In this document: one piece after another, positions 39,442-48,090 of the stretch | How positions within the stretch are numbered: position 1 is the first letter of the stretch | Layout: each line of letters starts with the position of its first letter | NCBI GenBank assembly: GCA_902551855.1 | Contig: CACDER010000003.1 | Span: 1 to 48,090, forward strand | Length of the DNA: 48,090 nt | Reading direction: 5' to 3' | Source: an uncultured Cryomorphaceae bacterium | GTDB taxonomy: Bacteria; Bacteroidota; Bacteroidia; Flavobacteriales; UBA7430 | Translations under genes and position numbers: made by a program | The notes under the pieces: generated by a model | What the model was told of the DNA's origin: nothing | The model's input: the letters and a program-made list of their open reading frames with translations, nothing else | Database searches by the model: none

Positions 39442-40284
39442 ATGAAAGCAAATAAAAATAACAATAGATTTAAAGTAGTTTTTTTTGAAAATGATTCTTT
39501 GGAAGAATTATTCTCATTTAATATTTCTAACTTTAAATTATTCATAATTTCTTTTTTGTTTATTTTGTTAATATCAACATTGACAATCTTGACGATTTTT
39601 CTTTCTCCAGTTAAAGAATTAATCCCTGGATATTTACCATCAAGTTTTAACTCCGATTTTATGGCACTTTCCTTGAGAACAGATTCAATAGAAAATGATA
39701 TTAATTTAAAAAATCAGCAATTAAATAATATTAAGACTATTCTAATGGGAGAGGACTTTATTGATACTTTGGAAAATAATACTTTAAATAATATTGATTA
39801 TGAAAAATTATCTTTAAACCCCACTTCAGCCGACTCAATTTTTAGATTAAATGTAGAGAGAGAAGCAAGATTTAATCTGTCTTCTCAGCCCAATGAAAAG
39901 TCTAGTAAGTTTAAAGAGTTAGTTTTTTTCCCACCTTTAAAAGGAATAATAATTGATTCTTTTAACATTTCTGAAAAACATTTTGGCATTGATATTTTAT
40001 CTCCTAAAAATGAGCCAATTAAGTCTTGTTTGGATGGAACAGTTATTATTTCTAACTGGACAAAAAAAACAGGTTATACAATAATCATCCAACATGAATA
40101 TAATTTAATTTCAGTTTATAAACATAATTCAATATTATTGAAAGAAATAGGACAAAATGTTAAGTCAGGGGATGTTATTGCCATTATAGGAAATTCAGGA
40201 TCAGATAGTACTGGACCACACTTACATTTCGAATTATGGCATGATGGTATTCCAATTAACCCAATTGCAAATATTTTATTTTAG
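39442..40284 (+). CDS. Membrane-anchored M23 family metallopeptidase
   Basis: One N-terminal TM helix and a short coiled coil. Intact zinc ligands 'HFGID', 'YKHN', 'TGPHLHFELW'. Confidence 0.93.
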   Translation: MKANKNNNRFKVVFFENDSLEELFSFNISNFKLFIISFLFILLISTLTILTIFLSPVKELIPGYLPSSFNSDFMALSLRTDSIENDINLKNQQLNNIKTILMGEDFIDTLENNTLNNIDYEKLSLNPTSADSIFRLNVEREARFNLSSQPNEKSSKFKELVFFPPLKGIIIDSFNISEKHFGIDILSPKNEPIKSCLDGTVIISNWTKKTGYTIIIQHEYNLISVYKHNSILLKEIGQNVKSGDVIAIIGNSGSDSTGPHLHFELWHDGIPINPIANILF

Positions 40285-40286
40285 AT

Positions 40287-41765
40287 ATGAAATTTTTAGT
40301 TAAGTTATTTGTAAAACTTCATATAAAAATTTCAGATAAATGGAAGAAAAACCCTATTTTTTGTCAAGAAAAAATTTTTAAGTATTTGATAAAAAATGGA
40401 GAAAAAACTGTATTTGGGAAGAATCATAATTTCAAAAATATATATAATTACGCTGAATTTAAAGATAATGTTCCAATAATAGATTATGAAGGTTTAAAGA
40501 AATATATTAATAGAATTAAACGAGGAGAAAAAAATATTCTTTGGCCTGGAACCCCGCTTTTTTTAGCAAAAACCTCAGGTACAACTTCTGGTACAAAATT
40601 TATTCCTCTCACTAAGAGAGGATTGAAAATGCAAATAAATCAAACTAAATCTGCATTAATTCATTATTTATATGAATCGTTCAATTTTAATTTATTATTT
40701 GGTAAAATGATTTTTTTACAAGGATCTCCCAAATTAGATAAAATAGGTAAAGTAAATACTGGAAGATTATCCGGAATAGTTGCAAATTTTGTTCCATTTT
40801 ATTTGAGGGCTAAAAGATTACCATCTTATACTACCAATTGTATAAATGAATGGGAAAATAAAATTAATAAAATAGTAGATGAAACTTTATCAGAAGATTT
40901 GAGATTAATAGGGGGGATACCTCCTTGGTTAGTCATGTATTTTGAAAAATTAAATTTGAAAACTAATAAGAAAATTTATGAAATCTTTCCAAATTTATCA
41001 TTAATTGTTCATGGGGGAGTTAATTTCCAACCATACAAAAAAAAATTTAATAAAATTTTACATAAAAATATTGATATGTTGGAACTTTATCCCGCATCAG
41101 AGGGGTTTATTGCTTTTCAAGATAAAAGAGAAAGAAATGATATGTTATTGTTAGTAAATTCAGGAATTTATTATGAATTTATTTCTGTATCAGATTTTAA
41201 CAATAATAATTTAAAAAATAGAATTTGCTTAAAAGATGTAAAGTTAGAAGTTGACTATGTTTTGATATTAAATACAATATCTGGTTTATGGGGTTATAAT
41301 ATAGGTGATACAATATTATTTACGTCCATAAGACCCTACAGAATTAAAATAACTGGAAGAGTAAAACATTTTTCCTCTCTATTTGGAGAACACCTCATAG
41401 TAAAAGAAGTTGAACAAGCAATTGAAATGACAATAAAAAACTTCTCAGAAGTTGTAATTAATGAATTTACTTTAGCTCCAAATCTACAATTAAATAAAGA
41501 AATTTCTTTTCATGAGTGGTATATTGAATTTTCAAAAGAACCAAATAATTTAGAAAAATTTTCAAAAATACTCGATGAAAATTTACAAATTCAAAACATA
41601 TATTACAAAGATTTAGTTCAAGGAAAAGTTATATCTCCATCTAAAATTATAAAAGTTGAAAAAGGAGGGTTCAATAATTATATGAAATCAATTGGAAAAC
41701 TAGGGGGACAAAATAAAATACCTAGATTGTCAAATGGGAGAGATATAGTTGATAATTTAGTTTGA
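40287..41765 (+). CDS. GH3 family (acyl-acid amido synthetase-like) protein
   Basis: Adenylating motifs 'AKTSGTTSGTKFIP', 'YPASEGF', 'YNIGDT'; 'GR.K...S.FGE', 'GKLGGQNKIPRLSN'. Confidence 0.9.
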   Translation: MKFLVKLFVKLHIKISDKWKKNPIFCQEKIFKYLIKNGEKTVFGKNHNFKNIYNYAEFKDNVPIIDYEGLKKYINRIKRGEKNILWPGTPLFLAKTSGTTSGTKFIPLTKRGLKMQINQTKSALIHYLYESFNFNLLFGKMIFLQGSPKLDKIGKVNTGRLSGIVANFVPFYLRAKRLPSYTTNCINEWENKINKIVDETLSEDLRLIGGIPPWLVMYFEKLNLKTNKKIYEIFPNLSLIVHGGVNFQPYKKKFNKILHKNIDMLELYPASEGFIAFQDKRERNDMLLLVNSGIYYEFISVSDFNNNNLKNRICLKDVKLEVDYVLILNTISGLWGYNIGDTILFTSIRPYRIKITGRVKHFSSLFGEHLIVKEVEQAIEMTIKNFSEVVINEFTLAPNLQLNKEISFHEWYIEFSKEPNNLEKFSKILDENLQIQNIYYKDLVQGKVISPSKIIKVEKGGFNNYMKSIGKLGGQNKIPRLSNGRDIVDNLV

Positions 41766-42812
41766 TTTTTTTCTTAACAAGTAATTTGGGATTTCGGATG
41801 CGAGGACAACTAATGGGACTAATGTGAAGAAGGAAAAATTGGGATATTTTCTTAAAGAGAAAGCAATAATAGTTAAAATTACACTAAAAATAAGAATTAT
41901 TATAGTTGCCTTTCCATGCGAAAACTCTAGTTCTAAAAGAGAATGATGAATATGATTTTTATCCGGTGTAAATGGAGAAATCCCCTTTAAAATTCTAATT
42001 GTGAAAACTCTCAAGGTATCTATGACTGGATAGACAAGGACTATCATTGCAAATACAGGACTTATTGTTCCTGAATTATCTATTGGGATATTAGATATCT
42101 TTATTGCAAAATATGCTAAGATTAATCCAATACTTAGACTCCCAGAATCTCCCAAGAAAATTTTAGCAGGGGGTTTATTATAAAGCCAAAATCCAAACAT
42201 GGCAGCAAAAACTGAGCAACATAAAATAGTATCTGTATAATAACCATTGTAAATAAAAATTGAACCAAAACATAGAACAACAAACATTCCTATAGATGAA
42301 GATAATCCATCAATCCCATCAATTAGGTTGTAGGCGTTTATGAAAAATACAATTACAGCAATTGAAAAAATTATTGAAAACAATGGCATAAGTTCATTTA
42401 TGCCAAATAACCCAAAAAAAGAAGTTATTTGAATATTAGCTTGAAATACTAGAATTACTGCTACAATATTCTGGATTAAAAATTTTAATGTTGCATTAAT
42501 TTCAACTAAATCATCAATTGCCCCAAGAATAAATAATAGACCAACACAAAAAATTAGTAAAAAATATTCTTGGGTAATATTATTATTACCTAATTCATCT
42601 AAAATGAAATATGCTTGAGAAAAAATAAAACCAATAAAAATGGCAAATCCCCCAAATTTAGGGACTGCTTTACTATGAATATGACGCCCTCCCTTTTCAG
42701 CAAAAAGTCTTTTTTTAATTGCAAGTTTTATTAACAAAGGCACACATAGACTTGATATTGAAAATGACAAGGTAACTATTATAATAGGTTTAATAATATC
42801 AGAAAAGTTCAT
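41757..42812 (-). CDS. WecA/TagO-like undecaprenyl-phosphate GlcNAc-1-phosphate transferase (MraY/GT4 family)
   Basis: 'RHIH...P.FGG', 'GAIDD', 'NAYNLIDGIDGL', 'YNKPPAKIFLGDSGS', 'PF.PDKNHIHH'; about 11 TM helices. Confidence 0.9.
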   Translation of the reverse strand: MNFSDIIKPIIIVTLSFSISSLCVPLLIKLAIKKRLFAEKGGRHIHSKAVPKFGGFAIFIGFIFSQAYFILDELGNNNITQEYFLLIFCVGLLFILGAIDDLVEINATLKFLIQNIVAVILVFQANIQITSFFGLFGINELMPLFSIIFSIAVIVFFINAYNLIDGIDGLSSSIGMFVVLCFGSIFIYNGYYTDTILCCSVFAAMFGFWLYNKPPAKIFLGDSGSLSIGLILAYFAIKISNIPIDNSGTISPVFAMIVLVYPVIDTLRVFTIRILKGISPFTPDKNHIHHSLLELEFSHGKATIIILIFSVILTIIAFSLRKYPNFSFFTLVPLVVLASEIPNYLLRKKSN

Positions 42813-42822
42813 TTTTTTTAAT

Positions 42823-42830
42823 CAAATATA
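42823..42830 (-). promoter_or_regulatory. -7 box (TATATTTG) of the wecA-like gene
   Basis: TAnnTTTG 10 nt upstream of ATG 42812. Confidence 0.55.
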
Positions 42831-42880
42831 GCACAAATTATTTTTTAAAATATTATATTTAAATTTAGCTAAAATTCTGA

Positions 42881-43612
42881 ATGTTTACTTTTTTCAAAAC
42901 TTCAAAGCCAAGATTAATCGATTTAATCAATAAGGAATATGTGGATATTCATTCGCACATATTACCTGGAATAGATGATGGTCCAAAAGATATTTTTGAA
43001 AGCGAAAATTTAATAAGTAACATGTTTGATATCGGTTTTAATAGTTTAATAGCAACACCACACACAATTTCTGGGGTATGGAATAACACGCCAGAAACTA
43101 TTAAAGATAGTTTTAGTAAATTAAAATTTTCTTTAAAGAAAAATACTAAAATTACTTTTGCCTCTGAGTATTTACTTGATAATTTTTTTTATGAAAATAT
43201 TAGTAAAAAAATTTTTTTATGTCTTAAAGATAATTACATATTGGTTGAACTTTCATATTATCAGCCTCCTGTAAATTTATTTGAAATTTTATTTGAGCTT
43301 CAAGTGAATGGTTATATCCCTGTATTAGCTCACCCTGAAAGATATAATTATTATTTTGAAGATATAAGTAAAATAGAAAAACTCAAAAAGGCTGGCTGTT
43401 ATTTTCAATTAAATTTATTAAGTGTAGTAGGTTACTATGGAGTTAATGTTTTAAATATGGCAAGAAAACTGATAAATTCTAATTTAATAGATTTTGTTGG
43501 TTCAGACCTTCATAATACAAGACAATTAGAGTATTTTAAAAAGAGAGTACTTCTTAGGAATACAAAGATATTGGAGAAAATAATTAATTTAAATCAAAAG
43601 TTTCGAAATTAA
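42881..43612 (+). CDS. CpsB/CapC-type PHP-family tyrosine-protein phosphatase
   Basis: 'DIHSHILPGIDDG', 'ATPH', 'LVELS', 'LAHPERY', 'GSDLH'. Confidence 0.93.
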   Translation: MFTFFKTSKPRLIDLINKEYVDIHSHILPGIDDGPKDIFESENLISNMFDIGFNSLIATPHTISGVWNNTPETIKDSFSKLKFSLKKNTKITFASEYLLDNFFYENISKKIFLCLKDNYILVELSYYQPPVNLFEILFELQVNGYIPVLAHPERYNYYFEDISKIEKLKKAGCYFQLNLLSVVGYYGVNVLNMARKLINSNLIDFVGSDLHNTRQLEYFKKRVLLRNTKILEKIINLNQKFRN

Positions 43613-45976
43613 TTAAGATTCGTCTTTGTATCCGTAACCATAACCATAATTATATCCGTATTTATATCCATAAGAATACTTATAGCCATATTTATAACCA
43701 TAGCTTAAACCAGCACCGACTCCATTTAAAACAAATCCAACATTTTTAATTTTTGATTCATTAATCAATTTTTTAGTATGGTTTAAAATTTCTTTTTCAG
43801 TTTGATTAGCTCTAGTTAAATATACTGTTACATCAGCTAAATGGGATATGAGAAGAGTATCTGAAACTAGGAGTGTAGGAGCACAGTCTAATATAATATA
43901 ATCATATTCTTTTTTTGCAGATTTTAGCAATTTTTCCAAACGACCATTACTTAGTAATTGGGTTGGATTAGGAGGTATATTACCTGCAATTAAAGTTTTG
44001 TGAGTAGGTTGATCTTTAAAAATATTAATTACAGCGGTTTCCCATTTAAAGTTATCATCATGAAGAAAATTTGTCAAACCCTGAGAATTTTTTTCAATAT
44101 TAGCATATTTATGAATTTGTGGATTTCTAAGATCTGCACCAATTAATAATACTTTTTTATTAAGACTTGCAAGTGCAAGAGAAAGATTTAAGGCAACAAA
44201 GGTTTTCCCTTCTCCTTTAATAGTAGAGGTAGCTAAAATTATAGGCCCTTCATCTAATTTTTTATCAATTAAATAATTTGTGTTAGATGAAATAATTCTC
44301 GAAGCTTCAGCTAAAATTGATCTTTGATTTGGAGCAGAAAAAATTAAATCGGATTTATCTTTGATTAAAGGAATTTCACCAAGTATAGATGCATGGGGGA
44401 ATATTTCTTCTAAATCTTTTTTAGAATGAATTTTTGTATCAAATAAAAAAATCAAATAAATTATTAAAATAGGAATTGATATTCCAAGAAAAAAAGAGGT
44501 AATTAAAGCTAAAAGTTTATTTGGAAAAATAGCTTCATCTCCAGATATTGCATACTCAACAATTTTAAGTGATGGTTCAGTTATTGCATAGCTAACTTCA
44601 GCTTCTTCTCTTTTTTGAAGAAGAAATAAATAAATGTTTTCAAGGATTTCTTGACTTCTTTCAATAGACCTTAGAGTCTTTTCTTTTTCTGGGAGACTGG
44701 AAACATCTGAATTAAACTTTACATTTTGGTAATTTAATTTTTTTAAAATTTCGTTTAATTGGTTTTTATAATTTAATAATGATGTTAAAATATTATCTTT
44801 TGTATCATGAATTAATTTATCAATTAATTTAACTTTTGGGTTATTTATTCCTCCATAGGCTACTAAGCTTTCTCTTTCGAAAATTTTTTCATTAAATTCT
44901 TCTATTAGACTATTGATGGTTATATTTTCAATACCAATATTTGCCGGGAATAGTTTTACTTCATTTTTATTTATTGTATTTAATAGTATTTTAGTTAGAC
45001 TAATTTGATTTTCAAAGTGAAATACTTCTTCATCAGATTTACTTCTTAATTCTAAACTTAAAGATGCATCAGTTGAAATATCAATAAGATTGTTGTTATA
45101 TTTGAAAATTTGTTTGTCCAACTCAATAGAATCCAATTCTGAGTGAAGAATTTTAAAACGCTCATTAATAAAATCAATTGTTCTTTTATGAATTAGTCTT
45201 CTATCATTAACTCCATCATCATTAAAGGTGTTGATAATTGAATTAAGTATATTTTCTGAATACTGTATGTTTTGAGAGTTAAAATTGAGGGAAATAATTT
45301 CAGATTTTTTTCCAACACTTTTAACAGTTAATATTTTTTTTAGATTATTAACTGATTGTTTTAATGGTTTAATTATAAGTCTGTAGTGATCATTTGGATC
45401 AGTTTTAATATCTTCAATATTCCAAGAAATATTAAACGGTAAATTGTGTTTTTGATTGGATGTATTGAATGAATTAAAATCTATTTCAATATTATTTTCT
45501 TGATCAAATATTCTTAATCCATTTAAGTCAAAATATATTTCAAAAGTTCTTTCTTTTTCAACTGAGTCTGGAATAATTTTACTTGTGAAATTAAATGGAA
45601 ACTCGAATGCCCTTGAACTTTTAACTCTTCCAACAACGAAAAAATTTAAATAAAGATTTTCTTGTTTAACAACTCTCTCTAGTATAGGATATGATGTTAT
45701 AGCTTCAATTTCATTTTCAAGATTTATATTAGATTGGGAAAATAGTTCGGTGGCAGAGGGTAATTCAATCCCTTCCTTTTTTTCTAATATCTTTATTTTT
45801 GCATCAGTTTTATATATATTAGTAGTATATCTTAAATAAATGTAACAAGTTAGAGTACAAATAACTAAACTCAATATAAACCACGGCCAAAAATATAGAT
45901 ATTTTAGTATTTCTAATTTAAATGTTGTACCAATATCACTATCAATATTTTCGTTTTTATTCATTAATTCACTCAT
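43613..45976 (-). CDS. wzc: Wzc-type polysaccharide co-polymerase / BY tyrosine kinase
   Basis: Two TM helices flank a periplasmic coiled coil. Walker A 'TSTIKGEGKT', A' 'LIGADLRNP', B 'IILDCAP'; C-terminal Tyr cluster. Confidence 0.95.
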   Translation of the reverse strand: MSELMNKNENIDSDIGTTFKLEILKYLYFWPWFILSLVICTLTCYIYLRYTTNIYKTDAKIKILEKKEGIELPSATELFSQSNINLENEIEAITSYPILERVVKQENLYLNFFVVGRVKSSRAFEFPFNFTSKIIPDSVEKERTFEIYFDLNGLRIFDQENNIEIDFNSFNTSNQKHNLPFNISWNIEDIKTDPNDHYRLIIKPLKQSVNNLKKILTVKSVGKKSEIISLNFNSQNIQYSENILNSIINTFNDDGVNDRRLIHKRTIDFINERFKILHSELDSIELDKQIFKYNNNLIDISTDASLSLELRSKSDEEVFHFENQISLTKILLNTINKNEVKLFPANIGIENITINSLIEEFNEKIFERESLVAYGGINNPKVKLIDKLIHDTKDNILTSLLNYKNQLNEILKKLNYQNVKFNSDVSSLPEKEKTLRSIERSQEILENIYLFLLQKREEAEVSYAITEPSLKIVEYAISGDEAIFPNKLLALITSFFLGISIPILIIYLIFLFDTKIHSKKDLEEIFPHASILGEIPLIKDKSDLIFSAPNQRSILAEASRIISSNTNYLIDKKLDEGPIILATSTIKGEGKTFVALNLSLALASLNKKVLLIGADLRNPQIHKYANIEKNSQGLTNFLHDDNFKWETAVINIFKDQPTHKTLIAGNIPPNPTQLLSNGRLEKLLKSAKKEYDYIILDCAPTLLVSDTLLISHLADVTVYLTRANQTEKEILNHTKKLINESKIKNVGFVLNGVGAGLSYGYKYGYKYSYGYKYGYNYGYGYGYKDES

Positions 45977-45980
45977 AAAA

Positions 45981-46757
45981 TTACCTATTTACAATTATTA
46001 AAGCTATACTTAAAATAATTTGTGCAATTGATGCGATTGACGATGGATTTCCTATAAATCCCGCACTTTTAACTTTATTAAAATTGGGTTGAATAATTAA
46101 AACATCATTGGGCCTAATGAAGTAGGTTTGTAAATTAAACGTTGATTTATCATTAAGATTAATTTTTTTAATTTTTCTAATATTATTTATTTCTCTAATT
46201 AAAATAATATCAGTTCTTTTACCATCAATAGTGAGGTCTCCAGCTAAGCCAATTGCTTGAAGTAAAGTCAACCTTTCTCCAATAAATGAGAATGTTCCGG
46301 GGTTTGATACTTCACCAAGAACAGTGAATTTAGCATTTATTATTCTACAATTTACAACTGGATCAGCGAGGTGGTTATTTTGTAATAAGAGGTCTGAAAT
46401 AGTTTTTTCAATTTCTGTTAATGTTTTATCTCGAAGTATTATTTTCCCTAGGACAGGAAAATTAATTGAAAAGTCCTCACCTACAAGATATCCATCTAAT
46501 TGAAGATTATTCAAATTAGGATTAATATTTCTATTTTGAATAGAACTGAATCTATTGTAAGGAACTGCCGCTTCAATATTAGATGAATGAACATCTATTT
46601 TTATAATATCAAAAGGTTGAATTTTGTATTGATCAAATTGAATTTCAGTATTTAAATAATTATTAGAGTTATTTAAATACAACAACTGTTTCTTTGTGCT
46701 ACATGATAATATTGAACAAGTAACTAGTATTAATAAAATTTTTTTTTGTAGTGTCAT
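45981..46757 (-). CDS. wza: Wza-type polysaccharide export lipoprotein
   Basis: Lipobox 'ILSC', 'YLV.EDFSINFPVLG', 'VLGEV..PG', 'TLLQAIGLAGDLT..G.R', 'RPNDV'. Confidence 0.92.
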   Translation of the reverse strand: MTLQKKILLILVTCSILSCSTKKQLLYLNNSNNYLNTEIQFDQYKIQPFDIIKIDVHSSNIEAAVPYNRFSSIQNRNINPNLNNLQLDGYLVGEDFSINFPVLGKIILRDKTLTEIEKTISDLLLQNNHLADPVVNCRIINAKFTVLGEVSNPGTFSFIGERLTLLQAIGLAGDLTIDGKRTDIILIREINNIRKIKKINLNDKSTFNLQTYFIRPNDVLIIQPNFNKVKSAGFIGNPSSIASIAQIILSIALIIVNR

Positions 46758-46764
46758 ATTTATA

Positions 46765-46795
46765 CAAATATAAATTAAACATTCTTATTCCCAAA
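46765..46795 (-). promoter_or_regulatory. Bacteroidota housekeeping promoter of wza-wzc
   Basis: TTTG (46795-46792), 19 nt spacer, TATATTTG (46772-46765); 7 nt upstream of the wza ATG. Confidence 0.75.
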
Positions 46796-47102
46796 CAATT
46801 TTTTTTCAAGTAAATTTTAATGATATTAAAAATAAATATTTGAGTCGATATCACTTTTATTTTCCAAATTCTTCTGGCTTTCATAATTAGTCTTCATAAG
46901 CATTTATTACAAGATATTAAAAAAATTAGAAGCTCTTTTGATATTTCTAGAATTAAAGTTATAACTCCCCCCAAGTCAATATAATTTTAAAATCTACTCA
47001 TTTCTTTTTTTTAATTTATGGTATTTCTATTTTGATTGTTCTTCTTTTAGACCCTATTCCTGTTTCACTAGATGATTTTGAATCAAATGGGAATTGATTA
47101 CT

Positions 47103-48086
47103 TTATTCTGAATAAAAGAGGATGTCGTCCTTTTTTGGATTAATAAATTCATATTCTAGTGTTTTATCTAGTCCCTCTTTTAGAGAATATGGAGCATTAA
47201 ATGAGTTGTGAGCTTTAATAGCATTAAACTGAGTAGTCGCACAAAATTTTTTCACCCTGACCGAGCTAATTGAGAACTTCTTTCCTGTAATCTTTTGAAA
47301 AAAATCAAAACAATATCCGCAAATCATACCTAAAAAATAGGGGATTCTAATTTTAGGAATATTCAATTTCATTTTATCCTCAATTACTGATACTAATTCA
47401 TTCATGTTATAATCTGGTTTATCAGCATAGTTAAAAACATGATAACCTTGCTCATTTTTCTCAAGCCTATTTTTAATTAGTGCAACTACATTTCCAACAT
47501 AGGCCATAGATTTTTTATTTTGACCTTTGCCAATCATTAAAAATTTACCAGAGCTAATCTGTCTTAAAAGGGTGAATACATTACCCCTGTTTCTTTCTCC
47601 AAATATTACAGTGGGACGAATAATTGTAACTGATTTATTTTTGGGATCATTATCATACCAAGCTTTAATCACTTTTTCGGCTTCCCATTTACTCTTACCG
47701 TAATGATTAAATGGATCATGGATGTGACTTTCATCTGGATTATTTTTATTTAAGCCATAAATTGCTACAGAGCTAGTGAATATCAAATTTTTGATACTAA
47801 ACTCATCCATTTTCTCAAGAATATTTAAGGTGCCTTGTACATTAACGTCATAATATAAAGAGGTTGGAGAGACATCGTCTCTATGTTCAGCTGCTAATAA
47901 AATTATAAACTTACTTTTTGAACTTATCTTTATTTGATCTTTAAATCTAATGTCACCAATGTTTGTAATTTTACTAAAGAAAGGCGAAACATTCTTGTCT
48001 AAATTATAACAATTATTAACACCTATTGTTGATATCAATTTAGATCCTACAAAACCAGAACCTCCTATTATTGCATATCTATTCAT
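47103..48086 (-). CDS. gnu: Extended-SDR epimerase, Gnu-like (GlcNAc-PP-undecaprenol 4-epimerase)
   Basis: 'GGSGFVG' and 'YGKSK'. Long blocks that I recognise from enterobacterial Gnu: 'LLAAEHRDDVSPTSLYYDVNVQGT', 'DPFNHYGKSKW', 'RPTVIFGERNRGNV', 'SSVRVKKFCATTQF'. Confidence 0.8.
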   Translation of the reverse strand: MNRYAIIGGSGFVGSKLISTIGVNNCYNLDKNVSPFFSKITNIGDIRFKDQIKISSKSKFIILLAAEHRDDVSPTSLYYDVNVQGTLNILEKMDEFSIKNLIFTSSVAIYGLNKNNPDESHIHDPFNHYGKSKWEAEKVIKAWYDNDPKNKSVTIIRPTVIFGERNRGNVFTLLRQISSGKFLMIGKGQNKKSMAYVGNVVALIKNRLEKNEQGYHVFNYADKPDYNMNELVSVIEDKMKLNIPKIRIPYFLGMICGYCFDFFQKITGKKFSISSVRVKKFCATTQFNAIKAHNSFNAPYSLKEGLDKTLEYEFINPKKDDILFYSE

Positions 48087-48090
48087 TTAA

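Noticed and set aside
46699..46884. 61-aa minus-strand ORF overlapping the wza start
   Set aside because: It runs through the wza promoter and 5' end in another frame and shows no motif.

Overview
Very AT-rich, compact chromosomal segment from a Bacteroidota genome, most likely a streamlined Flavobacteriales-like organism. Evidence: T9SS components PorZ and PorW/SprE, TAnnTTTG promoter boxes, and a split atp operon; genetic code 11. It is mostly core genome. From left to right: a truncated AddA/UvrD-type helicase; tRNA-Cys, folB and gltX; DUF4175-ybeY-mnmG with a parS site; a small block of exported peptidases and a membrane acyltransferase ending at tRNA-Arg(UCG); porZ-recO; an ~11 kb envelope gene run (enoyl-CoA hydratase, flippase, dut, nucleotidyltransferase, TPR, DUF4292, EnvC-like, tatA, gatA, mltD, DUF4837); porW-bactofilin-atpZI-atpBEFHAG; an M23 peptidase with a GH3-family ligase; and the end of a polysaccharide locus (wecA-like, PHP phosphatase, wzc, wza, Gnu-like epimerase). 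I saw no mobile element, CRISPR array, prophage or defence system, and I cannot claim a wholly new system. The best leads are: a 49-aa basic ORF with its own promoter box that is missing from the ORF track (1858-2007); an orphan gatA coupled to a lytic transglycosylase; the bactofilin/PorW/M23/GH3 neighbourhood; the WecA+Gnu pair; and several near-leaderless promoters. All family assignments come from motif recognition by eye, not from database searches.
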